A stretch of DNA of 64,000 nt. Source: Macrostomum lignano (Eukaryota). The notes under the pieces were generated by a model. That model saw only the letters and a program-made list of their open reading frames with translations, did not search any database and was not told where the DNA came from. The position numbers and the translations under genes are program-made. Shown in pieces: positions 24,851 to 37,775 of this stretch. Each line of letters starts with the position of its first letter. Position 1 is the stretch's first letter. Location: contig NIVC01002906.1 in NCBI GenBank assembly GCA_002269645.1, forward strand, positions 66,560-130,559. The letters are read 5' to 3'.

Positions 24851-26242
24851 CAGCATGTATTAGTGATGACTCTACTTTATGAATTAATATTTACAATTTG
24901 CAAGTCGTGTATACAAAGTACTGATTGTTGTCATGCTTTTCATTGTTTGTGTAACTGCCCTGCTTATGATCGTCGTCGGCGCCCCATACCGATAGTACGA
25001 GTGTACTCGAGGTAAATATAGTTTTAATAGCTTAGTTTACAGTGCGCAAGGAGTTGCTAGATTAAGACGTTGGTACTGACAATTCACGCTTGCTGTTTCT
25101 TATTCTTTGTTACTGTTGTGTCTACTTTTTGGCGGCGTTCCCTTGGATCAGAGGTGTCAAGCGGTAGGCTTTTAATCTATTTACACCTTCACGGTTTTTT
25201 ATGTTTAACTGATGCCAAATGCCTAATTCCTAGCGCCTAATCTTAGCTTTCACGGCTTTAATTGTTAGTCCCTATTTTGAGTCTTCACGACTTCAGTATA
25301 GTCCCTATTCCAAGTACTTCCTATGAATCTCCACAACTTCGGTATTCCCTAGAAAAGAGTCAACATAGGTTTGTAGGTTTATAGGATTTAGCGGAAATTT
25401 ATTTGAGAGCTAAAAAGCATATTAAAGAAATTACGAGTCTTCAACAAGATGGTATTTTTCCCGGCTCAGATAGAGCCTTTATGTAGAAATTGTGCGGGAG
25501 CACCGGTCAGCCGTAATCGGTGGAAGCGCAGTTAAAACAAAAAAAGCACAGGGAATATTAACAAAAGCAAAATTACAGCAGAAGATAACATTATAAAACA
25601 AATATACGGGAAATTCTATGATTGATCGTAATTCCCGTCCGATTACTACTACTTTTAATTTAGTTTACTACTACTATTAGTAAACTAAGTTTTGATTGGT
25701 TTGCCACTAATCAATCATCTCTCCAACCTTTGCTTCGGGATTACGTCACGCTTCCAACCCTAACACACTGTGCTACTATGCGAGCGTTGACTTTCATATC
25801 TCGTATTTTGATCCTATAAATGCACAAGCAATTAAAAAAATTGCTCGAGTAGGGTTTCTCTAGAGGCTGAATTTCCGGTGACTGTTTACAAATTCATTTT
25901 ACGCGCCTTACTTAATCTCTGTATTTCTTCCCTTGGTTTTACTATTTACTGCAATTAGTACACTATTTAATATTTATTGCAATTAGTACACTATTTAATA
26001 TTTATTGCAATTAGTACACTATTCATTATTGATTGCAATTAGTACACTATTATATAGCTGTGTGAAATGCGCATCATATGTATTCCATTCTGTGGTTCTG
26101 TTGATCAAGAATGATAAAGTCATTGGTAATAAAACAGAAATAGACGAACGTGCTTTTATTCTGACAATGGACCTAACAAGCTACGATGAAAAGACAAACG
26201 CGTACGCTGCATCAGCTTTTTTTCATTGATCTCGTCATTAAT

Positions 26243-28170
26243 AGGGCACCTCTTGAAGAGGGTTGCTGATTGAAGAGATGCTGGCACCTCTTGAAGGGGT
26301 GCTGATTGAAGAGATGCTGGCACCTCTTGAAGGGGTGCTGATTGAAGAGATGCTGGCACCTCTTGAATGGGGTGCTGATTGAAGAGATGCTGGCACCTCT
26401 TGAAGGGGTACCGAATGAAGAGATGCTGGCACCTCTTGAAGGGGGTGCTGATTGAAGAGATGCTGGCACCTCTTGAAGGGGTTGTTGATTGAAGAGATGC
26501 TGGCACCTCTTGAAGGGGTGCTGATTGAAGAGATGCTGGCACCTCTTGAAGGGGTGCTGATTGAAGAGATGCTGGTACCTCTTGAAGGGGTGCTGATTGA
26601 AGAGATGCTGGCACCTCTTGAAGGGGTGCTGATTGAAGAGATGCTGGCACCTCTTGAAGGGGTACCGAATGAAGAGATGCTGGCACCTCTTGAAGGGGTT
26701 GCTGATTGAAGAGATGCTGGCACCTCTTGAAGGGGTGCTGATTGAAGAGATGCTGGCACCTCTTGAAGGGGTTGCTGATTGAAGAGATGCTGGCACCTCT
26801 TGAAGGGGTTGCTGATTGAAGAGATGCTGGCACCTCTTGAAGGGGTACCGAATGAAGAGATGCTGGCACCTCTTGAAGGGGTTGCTGATTGAAGAGATGC
26901 TGGCACCTCTTGAAGGGGTGCTGATTGAAGAGATGCTGGCACCTCTTGAAGGGGTTGCTGATTGAAGAGATGTTGGCACCTCTTGAAGGGGTTGCTGATT
27001 GAAGAGATGCTGGCACCTCTTGAAGGGGTGCTGATTGAAGAGATGCTGGCACCTCTTGAAGGGGTGCTGATTGAAGAGATGCTGGCACCTCTTGAAGGGG
27101 TGCTGATTGAAGAGATGCTGGCACCTCTTGAAGGGGTTGCTGATTGAAGAGATGCTGGCACCTCTTGAAGGGGTACCGAATGAAGAGATGCTGGCACCTC
27201 TTGAAGGGGTTGCTGATTGAAGAGATGCTGGCACCTCTTGAAGGGGTGCTGATTGAAGAGATGCTGGCACCTCTTGAAGGGGTGCTGATTGAAGAGATGC
27301 TGGCACCTCTTGAAGGGGTTGCTGATTGAAGAGATGCTGGCACCTCTTGAAGGGGTGCTGATTGAAGAGATGCTGGCACCTCTTGAAGGGGTGCTGATTG
27401 AAGAGATGCTGGCACCTCTTGAAGGGGTGCTGATTGAAGAGATGCTGGCACCTCTTGAAGGGGTGCTGATTGAAGAGATGCTGGCACCTCTTGAAGGGGT
27501 ACCGAATGAAGAGATGCTGGCACCTCTTGAAGGGGTGCTGATTGAAGAGATGCTGGCACCTCTTGAAGGGGTTGCTGATTGAAGAGATGCTGGCACCTCT
27601 TGAAGGGGTGCTGATTGAAGAGATGCTGGCACCTCTTGAAGGGGTTGCTGATTGAAGAGATGTTGGCACCTCTTGAAGGGGTTGCTGATTGAAGAGATGC
27701 TGGCACCTCTTGAAGGGGTGCTGATTGAAGAGATGCTGGCACCTCTTGAAGGGGTACCGAATGAAGAGATGCTGGCACCTCTTGAAGGGGTGCTGATTGA
27801 AGAGATGCTGGCACCTCTTGAAGGGGTTGCTGATTGAAGAGATGCTGGCACCTCTTGAAGGGGTGCTGATTGAAGAGATGCTGGCACCTCTTGAAGGGGT
27901 TGCTGATTGAAGAGATGTTGGCACCTCTTGAAGGGGTTGCTGATTGAAGAGATGCTGGCACCTCTTGAAGGGGTGCTGATTGAAGAGATGCTGGCACCTC
28001 TTGAAGGGGTACCGAATGAAGAGATGCTGGCACCTCTTGAAGGGGTGCTGATTGAAGAGATGCTGGCACCTCTTGAAGGGGTGCTGATTGAAGAGATGCT
28101 GGCACCTCTTGAAGGGGTGCTGATTGAAGAGATGTTGGCACCTCTTGAAGGGGTGCTGATTTATGGGGTG
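26243..28170 (-). repeat. Right TIR inner domain: inverted 36(37)-bp minisatellite, about 53 copies
   Basis: Reverse complement of the left array. The outer several hundred bp share the same variant order (identical translations in ORFs 19915+ and 28141-). Confidence 0.95.
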
Positions 28171-29426
28171 CTAATTTATGAGGTGTTGAGGTTAATCAGT
28201 TATTCTTCTTTATGAAACCATTATAGTTGCTAATACAACACTTTATGAAATTTTTAACTATTGTACAGCAGTAGCTCAGTATAATTAAGAAGAAAATTTG
28301 TGCTTTTGAAGATTTTGGTGCAGTAAAATCAGAAATATTTTATTTATATTTATTAGAATTAAGTTTTGTTTCCTTGCAGCCAAGCAAAAATTGAACCTTT
28401 TTTGAAACATTTCTAGATGAGAAATTAACTATTAAATACTAAATAGTGATAAGTACTGATAAGTACTGTTGGAAGAGGTGCATATGTGATGCAGCTCAAG
28501 CCTCATATATAAGCATGCCATGAGCATGTATTTTAATAACTAACAGTATAACCAAACGTGATATGCAATTCTACAATATATAAAACCTTAAATATGTCAG
28601 CATGGTATGGTTAAAAGTTAAAAGTTAAAAGGCACTATTTGACTATAGTAATATTTTTTCGGGCAGCTTTGGGGCGCAATTCATAAGACCATTTAGGGAT
28701 CAAACTTTTAGGGCGATTTTAGGGGTAATTCTTAGTTGAAACCAGATAGTCTTAGGCTATAGTCCAAAATTATATTAAATTAGATTGAATTAGATTTGAA
28801 TTAAGATTAATCAAATTAGATTGTCCAGTGAATGCACATGCGGCACTCTTAAATTTTAGCGTTAAGAATATTATTTTTAAAATAACTATATGTGCTTAAT
28901 AATTAACTGAATTAGCTAATAAGGAAAATGCCTAGATGTATACACGACAGTACCCCATACTCTTGAACTACTGACAGGAGTTCTAGGACTGCTAACACAG
29001 TTAGCACAGACCGTGCACGTGCTGCACGCGCAATTTAAAATAGAAAATTTTAAAATGTTCGTTTGTTTGTGTTGCCAATACATAACAACGACCTTGGTTG
29101 CTACATCAAACCAGCAGAACAGTTTATACAAAAAAATAAACAGAAAAATGGGTGTCAAATTTTGGTATTGGGGGGAATATAACTATTATCACAGCAAATT
29201 AATTGGGTCCGGAGTGTTTTGGTTCAGAATAACAAACGGCTGGCCTTCAATTTCTGCAGCAATTGAATATACTATTTAGAAACAGATATATAAAAATGGA
29301 CGCGCTTAGCAAAGCCCAATAATTTTTGGTCTTGGGGGGTTAAAACGTACAGCCAAGATAGATTTTTTGGCTGTGGAGTATTTTTGGCTCTGGAGGGTTT
29401 GGCTCTGGAGGGTTTTAAAGTCTACC
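28160..29426 (-). repeat. Right TIR, unique outer domain
   Basis: Reverse complement of 18632-19895. Confidence 0.95.
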
Positions 29427-29683
29427 TGAGGAATGCCCAACGATAACCTAAAGTAGGTTAATTAAGAAAATCTTGAGGGAAAGCTCTTTAATTGTTTTAT
29501 TTTTAAGCAAATTACTTCTAAGTATAAACTATATTAGTCACAAAGTGTTTAAATAGTTTGTTATAACGGTATAAAAGCGTCCTTAGATTATTTGCATTTT
29601 TGTTTACGCGACCATTAAATCAGTAATAAAAAGTTGTAAAGGTTAGGTATTGAAAGAAAACATTCCTAAACTAAATTTTCGAG

Positions 29684-31346
29684 ATGACGCAGCCAACTAT
29701 TTTTGATCATTTAATTTCATATTTAGAGCATCCGTTTTTTCAGATTCCTGTAATATCTTTCTGCGAACAGAAATGCATTTGTAAGTGACAACAGCAGTAG
29801 CACTAGCAGCATGTATCACTTTTAATATGATGTAATATAAAGATGTTTTGCAAACACGAAGCTGTGTAAAGTTATATTAGGAATTGGATGCAAAGAATAA
29901 AAAGCGAATTTTAAGAAATCTATTTGCTTTTAATTAGCATAACAATGCAATGATCCCACTTAAATGATCTTATAAGATACAGTGCTATCTATATTTTTAG
30001 ACGCTTGAATGCTGAGCCTAAAAGATTTTGAAATAACACTGTTGGTTAAGGAACTTTTCTCTTTTATTTTATTTATGTGCATGAAATATCCTAACCAATG
30101 ATCCTAATAATGACCAATGATAGAGAATTGCATTGCATTGTATTAGTAAATATAGTCAAAAAGTCAAATTTTTGTTAGAATTATTAGAATGCCCCTTCAA
30201 ATAACTACAATGGTTTTGAACCAATTCAAACTACTTATACAAGATCTTAATAAATATGAAATTTTAATTTTTGCTGTCAAAGTATGCCAATTGAGTCATT
30301 GACTATTCAACAAAGTTGAACTTTGTTTAGCTTATTAGCCATAAAAAATCTCTAATTTATGCTGCCAATCAATCAAAAGATAATATTTAACAGTTGAAAA
30401 TTGTTATTTTTTAACTTTGTTTTCATTAATTTTTTGCATTTCATATGAATACAAAAGTTAATTGGACATAAAAAATTATTAATTTAGGCTTCAATCCAGG
30501 CACGGAAGATTGTCCAGAATACAAGCGCATTCATAAGGAGTACATTGAAGTGGTGAGTTCACAAATGCTTATTTTCCGTCTCAGTTATCTGAATACTTGA
30601 AAGTTGCCAAGAATTCTAAGAACTCCGACCAACTAATTCATCGCAGCTCACGGCCATACTGGACGCCTTCCGCGAGGACATGAAACTCTCGCACGACCAG
30701 GTGATCAAAGCCGTGCAGGATATCGACAGCGTGCAATCCGACTTTCGCGAATATTTTCGCGGCATCGAGCAGGTGCTGGCCATGGAGAGCTACCCGCTGT
30801 TTGTGCGCATGATGCAGCGCTGCAACATTGAGCTGCAGGAGCAGGTCAGCCGTTTGTAAAGGTCTCCCCCTCCTTTAGGCGGAGACCTGAAAAAATCAAA
30901 GGGGGACCAAGCACATTTTAGCTAAATATAGAGCCACCCCCTCCCCCCCGTGGGTCTTTACTCTCCGGAATCCGCCCCCCCCCCATTTAAAAATATTCTG
31001 GTTGCGCCACTTGAATAAATTTCATTTGAATAAAAAGGCAGTTCAACACACACCGTCAACTTTCAGGCGCTGCTGCTGATCCTGCAACGCCAGGGCGTCC
31101 AGACGCCCGCCGGGCAACCCAACCTGCAGAGCGAGGACGAAATCCTGGCGATGGTTCTGCGCCAGTCCAAGCAGGAGTTCGAGCGCGAGGAGGCCGCCAG
31201 ACGGAGACGGACTGCCGCAGAGGAGTCGCTGATCAGCCGGCAGGAGGCGGAGGCCATCGGGGAGGCGCAGCGCCGGGAGCACGCTAGACTGGAAAAAGTT
31301 AGTTAGTTAATTAGTTAGTCAGTCAGTTAGTTAGTTAGTTAGTTAA

Positions 31347-31427
<81 letters not shown>

Positions 31428-31451
31428 CTGTTAGTTAGTTAGTAAGTTAGC

Positions 31452-31499
<48 letters not shown>

Positions 31500-31524
31500 C
31501 AGTCAGTCAGTTAGTTAGTCAGTC

Positions 31525-31571
<47 letters not shown>

Positions 31572-31598
31572 CAGTCAGTCAGTTAGTTAGTTAGATAT

Positions 31599-31639
<41 letters not shown>

Positions 31640-31668
31640 CAGTCAGTCAGTCAGTTAGTTAGTCAGTC

Positions 31669-31707
<39 letters not shown>

Positions 31708-33087
31708 CAGTCAGTCAGTTAGTTAGTTAGATATTTAGTTAGTTAGTTAGTTAGTTAGTTGGTTAGTTAGTCAGTAGTCAGTTAATCAGTTACTAAGCCA
31801 TCGAGCAATTTTCAGGAAATCCAGCGACTCGCCGTATCAGACGAACCGCCGGCTCAGTCGCGCTCCTCAGCAGATCGCCGGCAGCAGCAGCGCGGCAATG
31901 CCTCTTCGTCGTCCGGACGACCGGATGATTTCTACCTGCCGTCGGGCGTCGGGTCGGCGGCTGCAGCGGCCAGCGGTGGTGGCGGCTCGCGAGGCAGCCG
32001 CGGTGGCGCAGGGGATCGCGAGGACCGACGCGAGCCGGCGCCTGGCGCGGACAAGCGCGGCAAAGCGGCCTCCGAGTTGGCTGTGAGCGGCACTTGGCTT
32101 CTTTTTAATGCTTTTTTGAGTAGGAGGAAGGGGCAGTAAGGTCGAGAAGGGACGGTAGAACGAAGAGAGGAGTTGAGTTATTGAGAGCGGGATAGAGTAG
32201 AGAAGATTGAGAATGTGAGTTCGTCGATAAAGCATACAACTCTTGGTCATTCCTATCGCCCCCACCAATCACCACAGGAGTCACTCAGCAACCTGTCGCA
32301 CGAGGAGATCCTGAAACGTCAGGAGTTTCTACGCAACCAGCGCGACAAACTGGTGGCAATGAAGCAGCGGGAGCGGGAGGCTCAGCTGGCCAAGCACGAG
32401 CGTTCGGCCGGACGGGACCGGCCGTCCAGCGCCAGGGCGGCCCGCTCGGCCATGTCCGGTCGGCCGGTGAGTTTCTTCGTATAGGGGCGAATAAATCACA
32501 ATGAATCCCTGGATCGCCCCTGAACTACCAAATTGATCGCCCCTGAACTACCAAACAAATCGGCCCTGAACTACCAACTGAATCGACCTGAACTACCAAA
32601 TGAATCGGGCCTGAACTACCAAATGAATCGCCCCTGAACTACCAAATGAATCGCCCCTGAACTGTCAAATGAATCGCCCCTGAACTACCAAATGAATCGC
32701 CCCTGAACTACCAAATGAATCGCCCCTGAACTACCAAATGAATCGCCCCTGAACTGTCAAATGAATCGCCCCTGAACTACCAAATGAATCGCCCCTGAAC
32801 TACCAAATAAATCGGGCCTGAACTACCAAATGAATCGGCCCTGAACTACCAAATAAATCGGCCCTGAACTACCAAATGAATCGGCCCTGAACTACCAAAT
32901 AAATCACCCCTAAGCTATACCAAAATGTCTCCATGATAGGATAAAAGCTCCGCAGTCTCACAACCGGTTTGCCATTCCTCAGGAGGACTCGGGACCGCCG
33001 AAGCGGAGCGCCGATGACGAGCGGAAGCTGGCCATGCGCAGGGCCATCGCAGCCAAGCTCAAAGAAGAGGTAATCGACTCAAAGTGA
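29684..33087 (+). CDS. CFAP36: Cilia- and flagella-associated protein 36 (CCDC104, BART domain); exons 29684-29780, 30488-30552, 30647-30844, 31067-31297, 31816-32082, 32278-32466, 32983-33087
   Basis: All junctions are GT-AG and phase-compatible. Family motifs are IPVISFCEQKC, YKRIHKEY, QVLAMESYPLFVRMMQRCNIELQEQA, EEILKRQEFLRNQRDKLVAMK, RPSSARAAR and RRAIAAKLKEEVI. AATAAA lies at 33093. Confidence 0.88.
31298..31795 (+). repeat. (GTTA/GTCA)n tetranucleotide microsatellite filling CFAP36 intron 4
   Basis: It begins exactly at the GTTAGT donor (31298). Confidence 0.95.
32512..32912. repeat. 23-bp minisatellite (GAATCGCCCCTGAACTACCAAAT), about 17 copies, in CFAP36 intron 6
   Basis: Direct reading. 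Confidence 0.92.
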
Positions 33088-33839
33088 TTCCTAATAAAAT
33101 ATCCGAATTCGTTACTAACGATACTCATATAATTAAAGCATCATAAAAATAAAGTCCTCAAATTCAGGAAAATGCCGGTTTTTTATTTAAACTTGCAATT
33201 GTTACTCCAGTTAGGAAAAATATTTAATATCGTGAATGTAAATATTTTTAAACCTACGCTTTAACTCCCGAAATTATTACCCATTTTATCCAGCTTCAGC
33301 AGTGATGATGAAGCCAAAAATATCTTTGGCGAGGCAATGATGGTGATTGATCCAGCCTCTCTCTCTATTCCTTTGGATCGTAATCGTTTAATTGCTATTT
33401 CTATCTTTAATGTGTTGCTATATTGTGTTCTATCTTTCTTTTGCTATCTATCTTGCACGTATTTGCTTGTTTTTTTTTAATTTATGAGCACATCTTACCT
33501 ATCGATAAAAGGTTCTCCGAAATATCTATCTTTGAGATCAATTATTTGGTGAATTGGAGTATTTGGTCTATTTGGGATGCTTTTGTAGTCAATGCAGAAA
33601 AATGATGCGATGTGGATACAGAGGTATCAATAGGATGAAAACAAATGCTAATTTCTAATCCGACATTTATATTTCTGATAAGATTGGACTCCCCCAGCTC
33701 CTTGGCTTAACAACTTCTATCGCATATCTTACGAGCTATCTTCTATTGCCTTAGGGGGTCGGCGAACTTCGGCCAAAACCTCTCTGTCCGGCCCTCGGGT
33801 TCTTTGAAACTGCACAATAGCAATGTGGCCCGCTCAAGG

Positions 33840-34600
33840 TCTCTTCTCAGCTCTCTTCTCTCTAACCTCCTCTCCTTTCTCCTCTCCCTTCTCTCCTCTC
33901 CTCTCTCCTCTCCCTTCTCTCCTCTCCTCTCTCCTCTCCCTTCTCTCCTATCCCTTCTCTCCTCTCCCTTCTCTCCTATCCCTTCTCTCCTCTCCCTTCT
34001 CTCCTCTCCCTTCTCTCCTATCCCTTCTCTCCTATCCCTTCTCTCCTCTCCCTTCTCTCCTCTCCCTTCTCTCCTCTCTCCTCTCCCTTCTCTCCTCTCC
34101 TCTCCTCTCTCCTATCCCTTCTTTCCTCTCCCTTCTCTCCTCTCCTCTCTCCTCTCCCTTCTCTCCTCTCCTCTCTCCTCTCCCTTCTCTCCTCTCCTCT
34201 CCTCTCTCCTATCCCTTCTCTCCTATCCCTTCTCTCCTCTCCCTTCTCTCCTCTCCCTTCTCTCCTCTCCTCTCTCCTATCCCTTCTTTCCTCTCCCTTC
34301 TCTCCTCTCCTCTCTCCTCTCCCTTCTCTCCTCTCCTCTCCTCTCTCCTATCCCTTCTTTCCTCTCCCTTCTCTCCTCTCCTCTCTCCTCTTCCTTCTCT
34401 CCTCTCCCTTCTCTCCTCTCCTCTCTCCTCTCCCTTCCCTCCTCTCCCTTCTCTCCTCTCCCTTCTCTCCTCCCTTCTCTCCTCTCCTCTCTCCTCTCCC
34501 TTCTCTCCTCTCCTCTCCTCTCTCCTATCCCTTCTTTCCTCTCCCTTCTCTCCTCTCCTCTCTCCTCTTCCTTCTCTCCTCTCCCTTCTCTCCTTTCCTA
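33840..34600. repeat. About 760-bp polypyrimidine (CTCTC/CTTCT)n degenerate microsatellite
   Basis: Almost exclusively C/T on the + strand. Confidence 0.95.
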
Positions 34601-35168
34601 CCGTCTACTCACTTTTGTCTCGCCTGTCCGCCTGTCGCCCCTCGCCTTTCCTTTTTCATATTTTTCTTCTCGCTTCTCTCTCCTCTCTCCCATCCACTGG
34701 CCCGCAGTCGTGCGCTAAGGTTCTCTATCTGGCCCTTGTGGTAAGAAGTTGGCCGACCCCTGTGATTTAGAATGACTTCCTCCCTCTTGCATCTTTCTTG
34801 CAGCACTACAGCAATTTAAATGGTAGCTCCGCTCGTCCGTCCACTCTTCTCTGTAGATCCTTACCGCTTATTAGCAAATATCTTTATATAGCTATCGTAC
34901 TCTCTCATGTCAAACCCGTCCTAATTAGAAGCGTCAACACTCAAGTTACTACTCGTATCTTTTTTGACGAGTTTCCTCTTTTTTTAAATTCGTTAGTCAC
35001 TAATCTAATATTAATAAATCACACAAAAGTACAAACCGACCGAGTCATATTCTTCGCATTCCTTCACCGCAGTGCGCTTAATTGCAATGAGTCACAAAAT
35101 ATTTCTAAAGTGCATTTGTTAAAATTTCATTTTCTCGTTTATTTATTTTTCACCTTGCTAATCAGCAG

Positions 35169-35510
35169 CCAAGGGACTACTCCAGAAAATTTTAGGAGGC
35201 GGGGTTTTGGAAAAATGCGTTACAGAGATAGGAGGCAGACCCAATGTCGGCTGATTTTCCATGCAGGAATGAATAATCCGACAATGGGATTCCTTCACGT
35301 TCATTCGTGCTTCGACAAGTGTACGTATAGGATGTAAAACTAACATAAAACCCTAATTTTCTAAACAAAAAGCTCTATGAATGTCAATAGAGCTATAAGA
35401 AAGGCAATTCATATCAAAAGATGAACATTGGGTCTGCCCGCAATCAAAAGCAACAAAAACAATTTTTCAAAAAACGTAGTTTCCCCGTCCTTCTACTTGA
35501 GTACTCTTTG
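35169..35510. mobile_element. Degenerate MITE related to the 6880-7577 family
   Basis: It begins CAAGGGACTAC and ends TTTCCCCGTCCTTCTACTTGAGTACTCTTTG. GATAGGAGGCAGA and its inverted TCTGCC are shared with the 6880 element. No clean TSD. Confidence 0.4.
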
Positions 35511-36197
35511 CTCACCGCTCGACACAGTCGTCAATAATTAAATTGGATTATATGGTTTTGTCAATAATAAAAATTACCTTAACAAAGTATCTGGGTGATT
35601 AAATATCTTACATACAAATTCATTATTGAATTTTAAGCAAACTTTTGAAATTCACTTTCAAAGATCAAAATCGGCACACATGGAGTTCACATAGTACAAA
35701 AATCTCAATTTTCTCTGCCTGATGAAACAATCGTTATGAAAATAAAACTGCGCAATCGTACTTGCACAGAGTTACTCATGTAATATACTACTGTAGTGCT
35801 GAAGCTTCTGCTATGATGCTGATGCATCAACAGTTTTGTTGATGAAGACATTTTTACTTATTTTGTGAAGGATTGACGATCTACGAACTAAAGATTGTAT
35901 TCAAGAGAGAAAAGGATTTTGTCCTCCTATTTAATATCTACATAAATCTTGCCACAATTTTGTGAAACAATTAAAAGGAGACAACTTTCCTGCATCAAAC
36001 TTTTGAGCATAGGCGTAGGAACGGGGGGGGACAGTGGGGCCATGCCCCCCATCACTTTTTAAAGCGGGGGGCCAGAAATGGTATCTGGCCCCTCCACATT
36101 TTAAATGCAAAATGTAGACTTTTTGCTTTTTTTTACTCTTATTTTTTTATTTTTGCTGCTTTGCATGAATGCGTTTTGCTGCAGGGCGACAAAACAT

Positions 36198-37657
36198 AGC
36201 GCCTGCGGCACCATGAGTGCCTGCGGCGCTAAAATGAGTGCCTGCGGCGCCAAAATGAGTGCCTGCGGCGCCAAAATGAGTGCCTGCGGCGCCAAAATGA
36301 GTGTCTGCGGCGCCAAAATGAGCGCCTTCGGCGCCAAAATGAGTGCCTGCAGCGCCAAAATGAGTGCCTGCAGCGCCAAAATGAGTGCCTGCGGCGCTAA
36401 AATGAGTGTCTGCAGCGCCAAAATGAGTGCCTGCGGCGCCAAAATGAGTGCCTGCGGCGCCATGAGTGCCTGCGGCGCTAAAATGAGTGCCTGCGGCGCC
36501 ATGAGTGCCTGCGGCGCCAAAATGAGTGCCTGCGGCGCTAAAATGAGTGTCTGCGGCGCCAAAATGAGTGCCTGCAGCGCCAAAATGAGTGCCTAAGGCG
36601 CTAAAATGAGTGCCTGCGGCGCCAAAATGAGTGCCTGCAGCGCCAAAATGAGTGCCTGCGGCGCTAAAATGAGTGTCTGCGGCGCCAAAATGAGTGCCTG
36701 CAGCGCCAAAATGAGTGCCTGCGGCGCTAAAATGAGTGCCTGCGGCGCCAAAATGAGTGCCTGCGGCGCTAAAATGAGTGTCTGCGGCGCCAAAATGAGT
36801 GCCTGCAGCGCCAAAATGAGTGCCTAAGGCGCTAAAATGAGTGCCTGCGGCGCCAAAATGAGTGCCTGCAGCGCCAAAATGAGTGCCTGCGGCGCTAAAA
36901 TGAGTGTCTGCGGCGCCAAAATGAGTGCCTGCAGCGCCAAAATGAGTGCCTGCGGCGCTAAAATGAGTGCCTGCGGCGCCAAAATGAGTGCCTGCGGCGC
37001 TAAAATGAGTGTCTGCGGCGCCAAAATGAGTGCCTGCAGCGCCAAAATGAGTGCCTAAGGCGCTAAAATGAGTGCCTAAGGCGCTAAAATGAGTGCCTGC
37101 GGCGCCAAAATGAGTGCCTGCGGCGCCAAAATGAGTGCCTGCGGCGCCAAAATGAGTGTCTGCGGCGCCAAAATGAGCGCCTTCGGCGCCAAAATGAGTG
37201 CCTGCAGCGCCAAAATGAGTGCCTGCAGCGCCAAAATGAGTGCCTGCGGCGCCAAAATGAGTGCCTGCGGCGCTAAAATGAGTGCCTGCGGCGCCATGAG
37301 TGCCTGCGGCGCCAAAATGAGTGCCTGCGGCGCTAAAATGAGTGTCTGCGGCGCCAAAATGAGTGCCTGCAGCGCCAAAATGAGTGCCTAAGGCGCTAAA
37401 ATGAGTGCCTGCGGCGCCAAAATGAGTGCCTGCAGCGCCAAAATGAGTGCCTGCGGCGCTAAAATGAGTGTCTGCGGCGCCAAAATGAGTGCCTGCAGCG
37501 CCAAAATGAGTGCCTGCGGCGCTAAAATGAGTGCCTGTGGCGCCAAAATGAGTGCCTGCGGCGCTAAAATGAGTGTCTGCGGCGCCAAAATGAGTGCCTG
37601 CAGCGCCAAAATGAGTGCCTAAGGCGCTAAAATGAGTGCCTGCGGAGCTAAAATGAG
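36198..37657. repeat. 21-bp minisatellite (GCCTGCGGCGCCAAAATGAGT), about 69 copies, with 231-bp higher-order repeats
   Basis: The GCCTAAGG variant recurs at 36591, 36822, 37053 and at 37386, 37617. Confidence 0.95.
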
Positions 37658-37775
37658 TGGTGACAACACCGATTCTAAAAATAATTGGTACATTATAATG
37701 TGCATTTTCCATATAAAAAAAACAGAAAAACCTAACTCAACAAGGGGCGTGCACCCTGTGCGCCCCCACCCCAAA

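Larger units (their letters stand above)
18632..29426 (+). mobile_element. 10,795-bp Mutator-like (MULE/foldback-type) DNA transposon with 9-bp TSD TGAGGAATG
   Basis: The element starts GGTAGACTTTAAAACCCTCCAGAGCC (18632) and ends GGCTCTGGAGGGTTTTAAAGTCTACC (29426). TGAGGAATG lies at 18623-18631 and 29427-29435. It has long TIRs and an internal MULE transposase. Confidence 0.95.

Noticed and set aside
33804-34770. 300-aa Leu/Ser/Pro ORFs
   Set aside because: A pure C/T tract cannot contain stop codons, so these are artefacts.
36101-37712. Antifreeze/ice-nucleation-like AAGTHFG and MSACGAK ORFs
   Set aside because: They come from a 21-bp array inside a MITE and are open in several frames on both strands.
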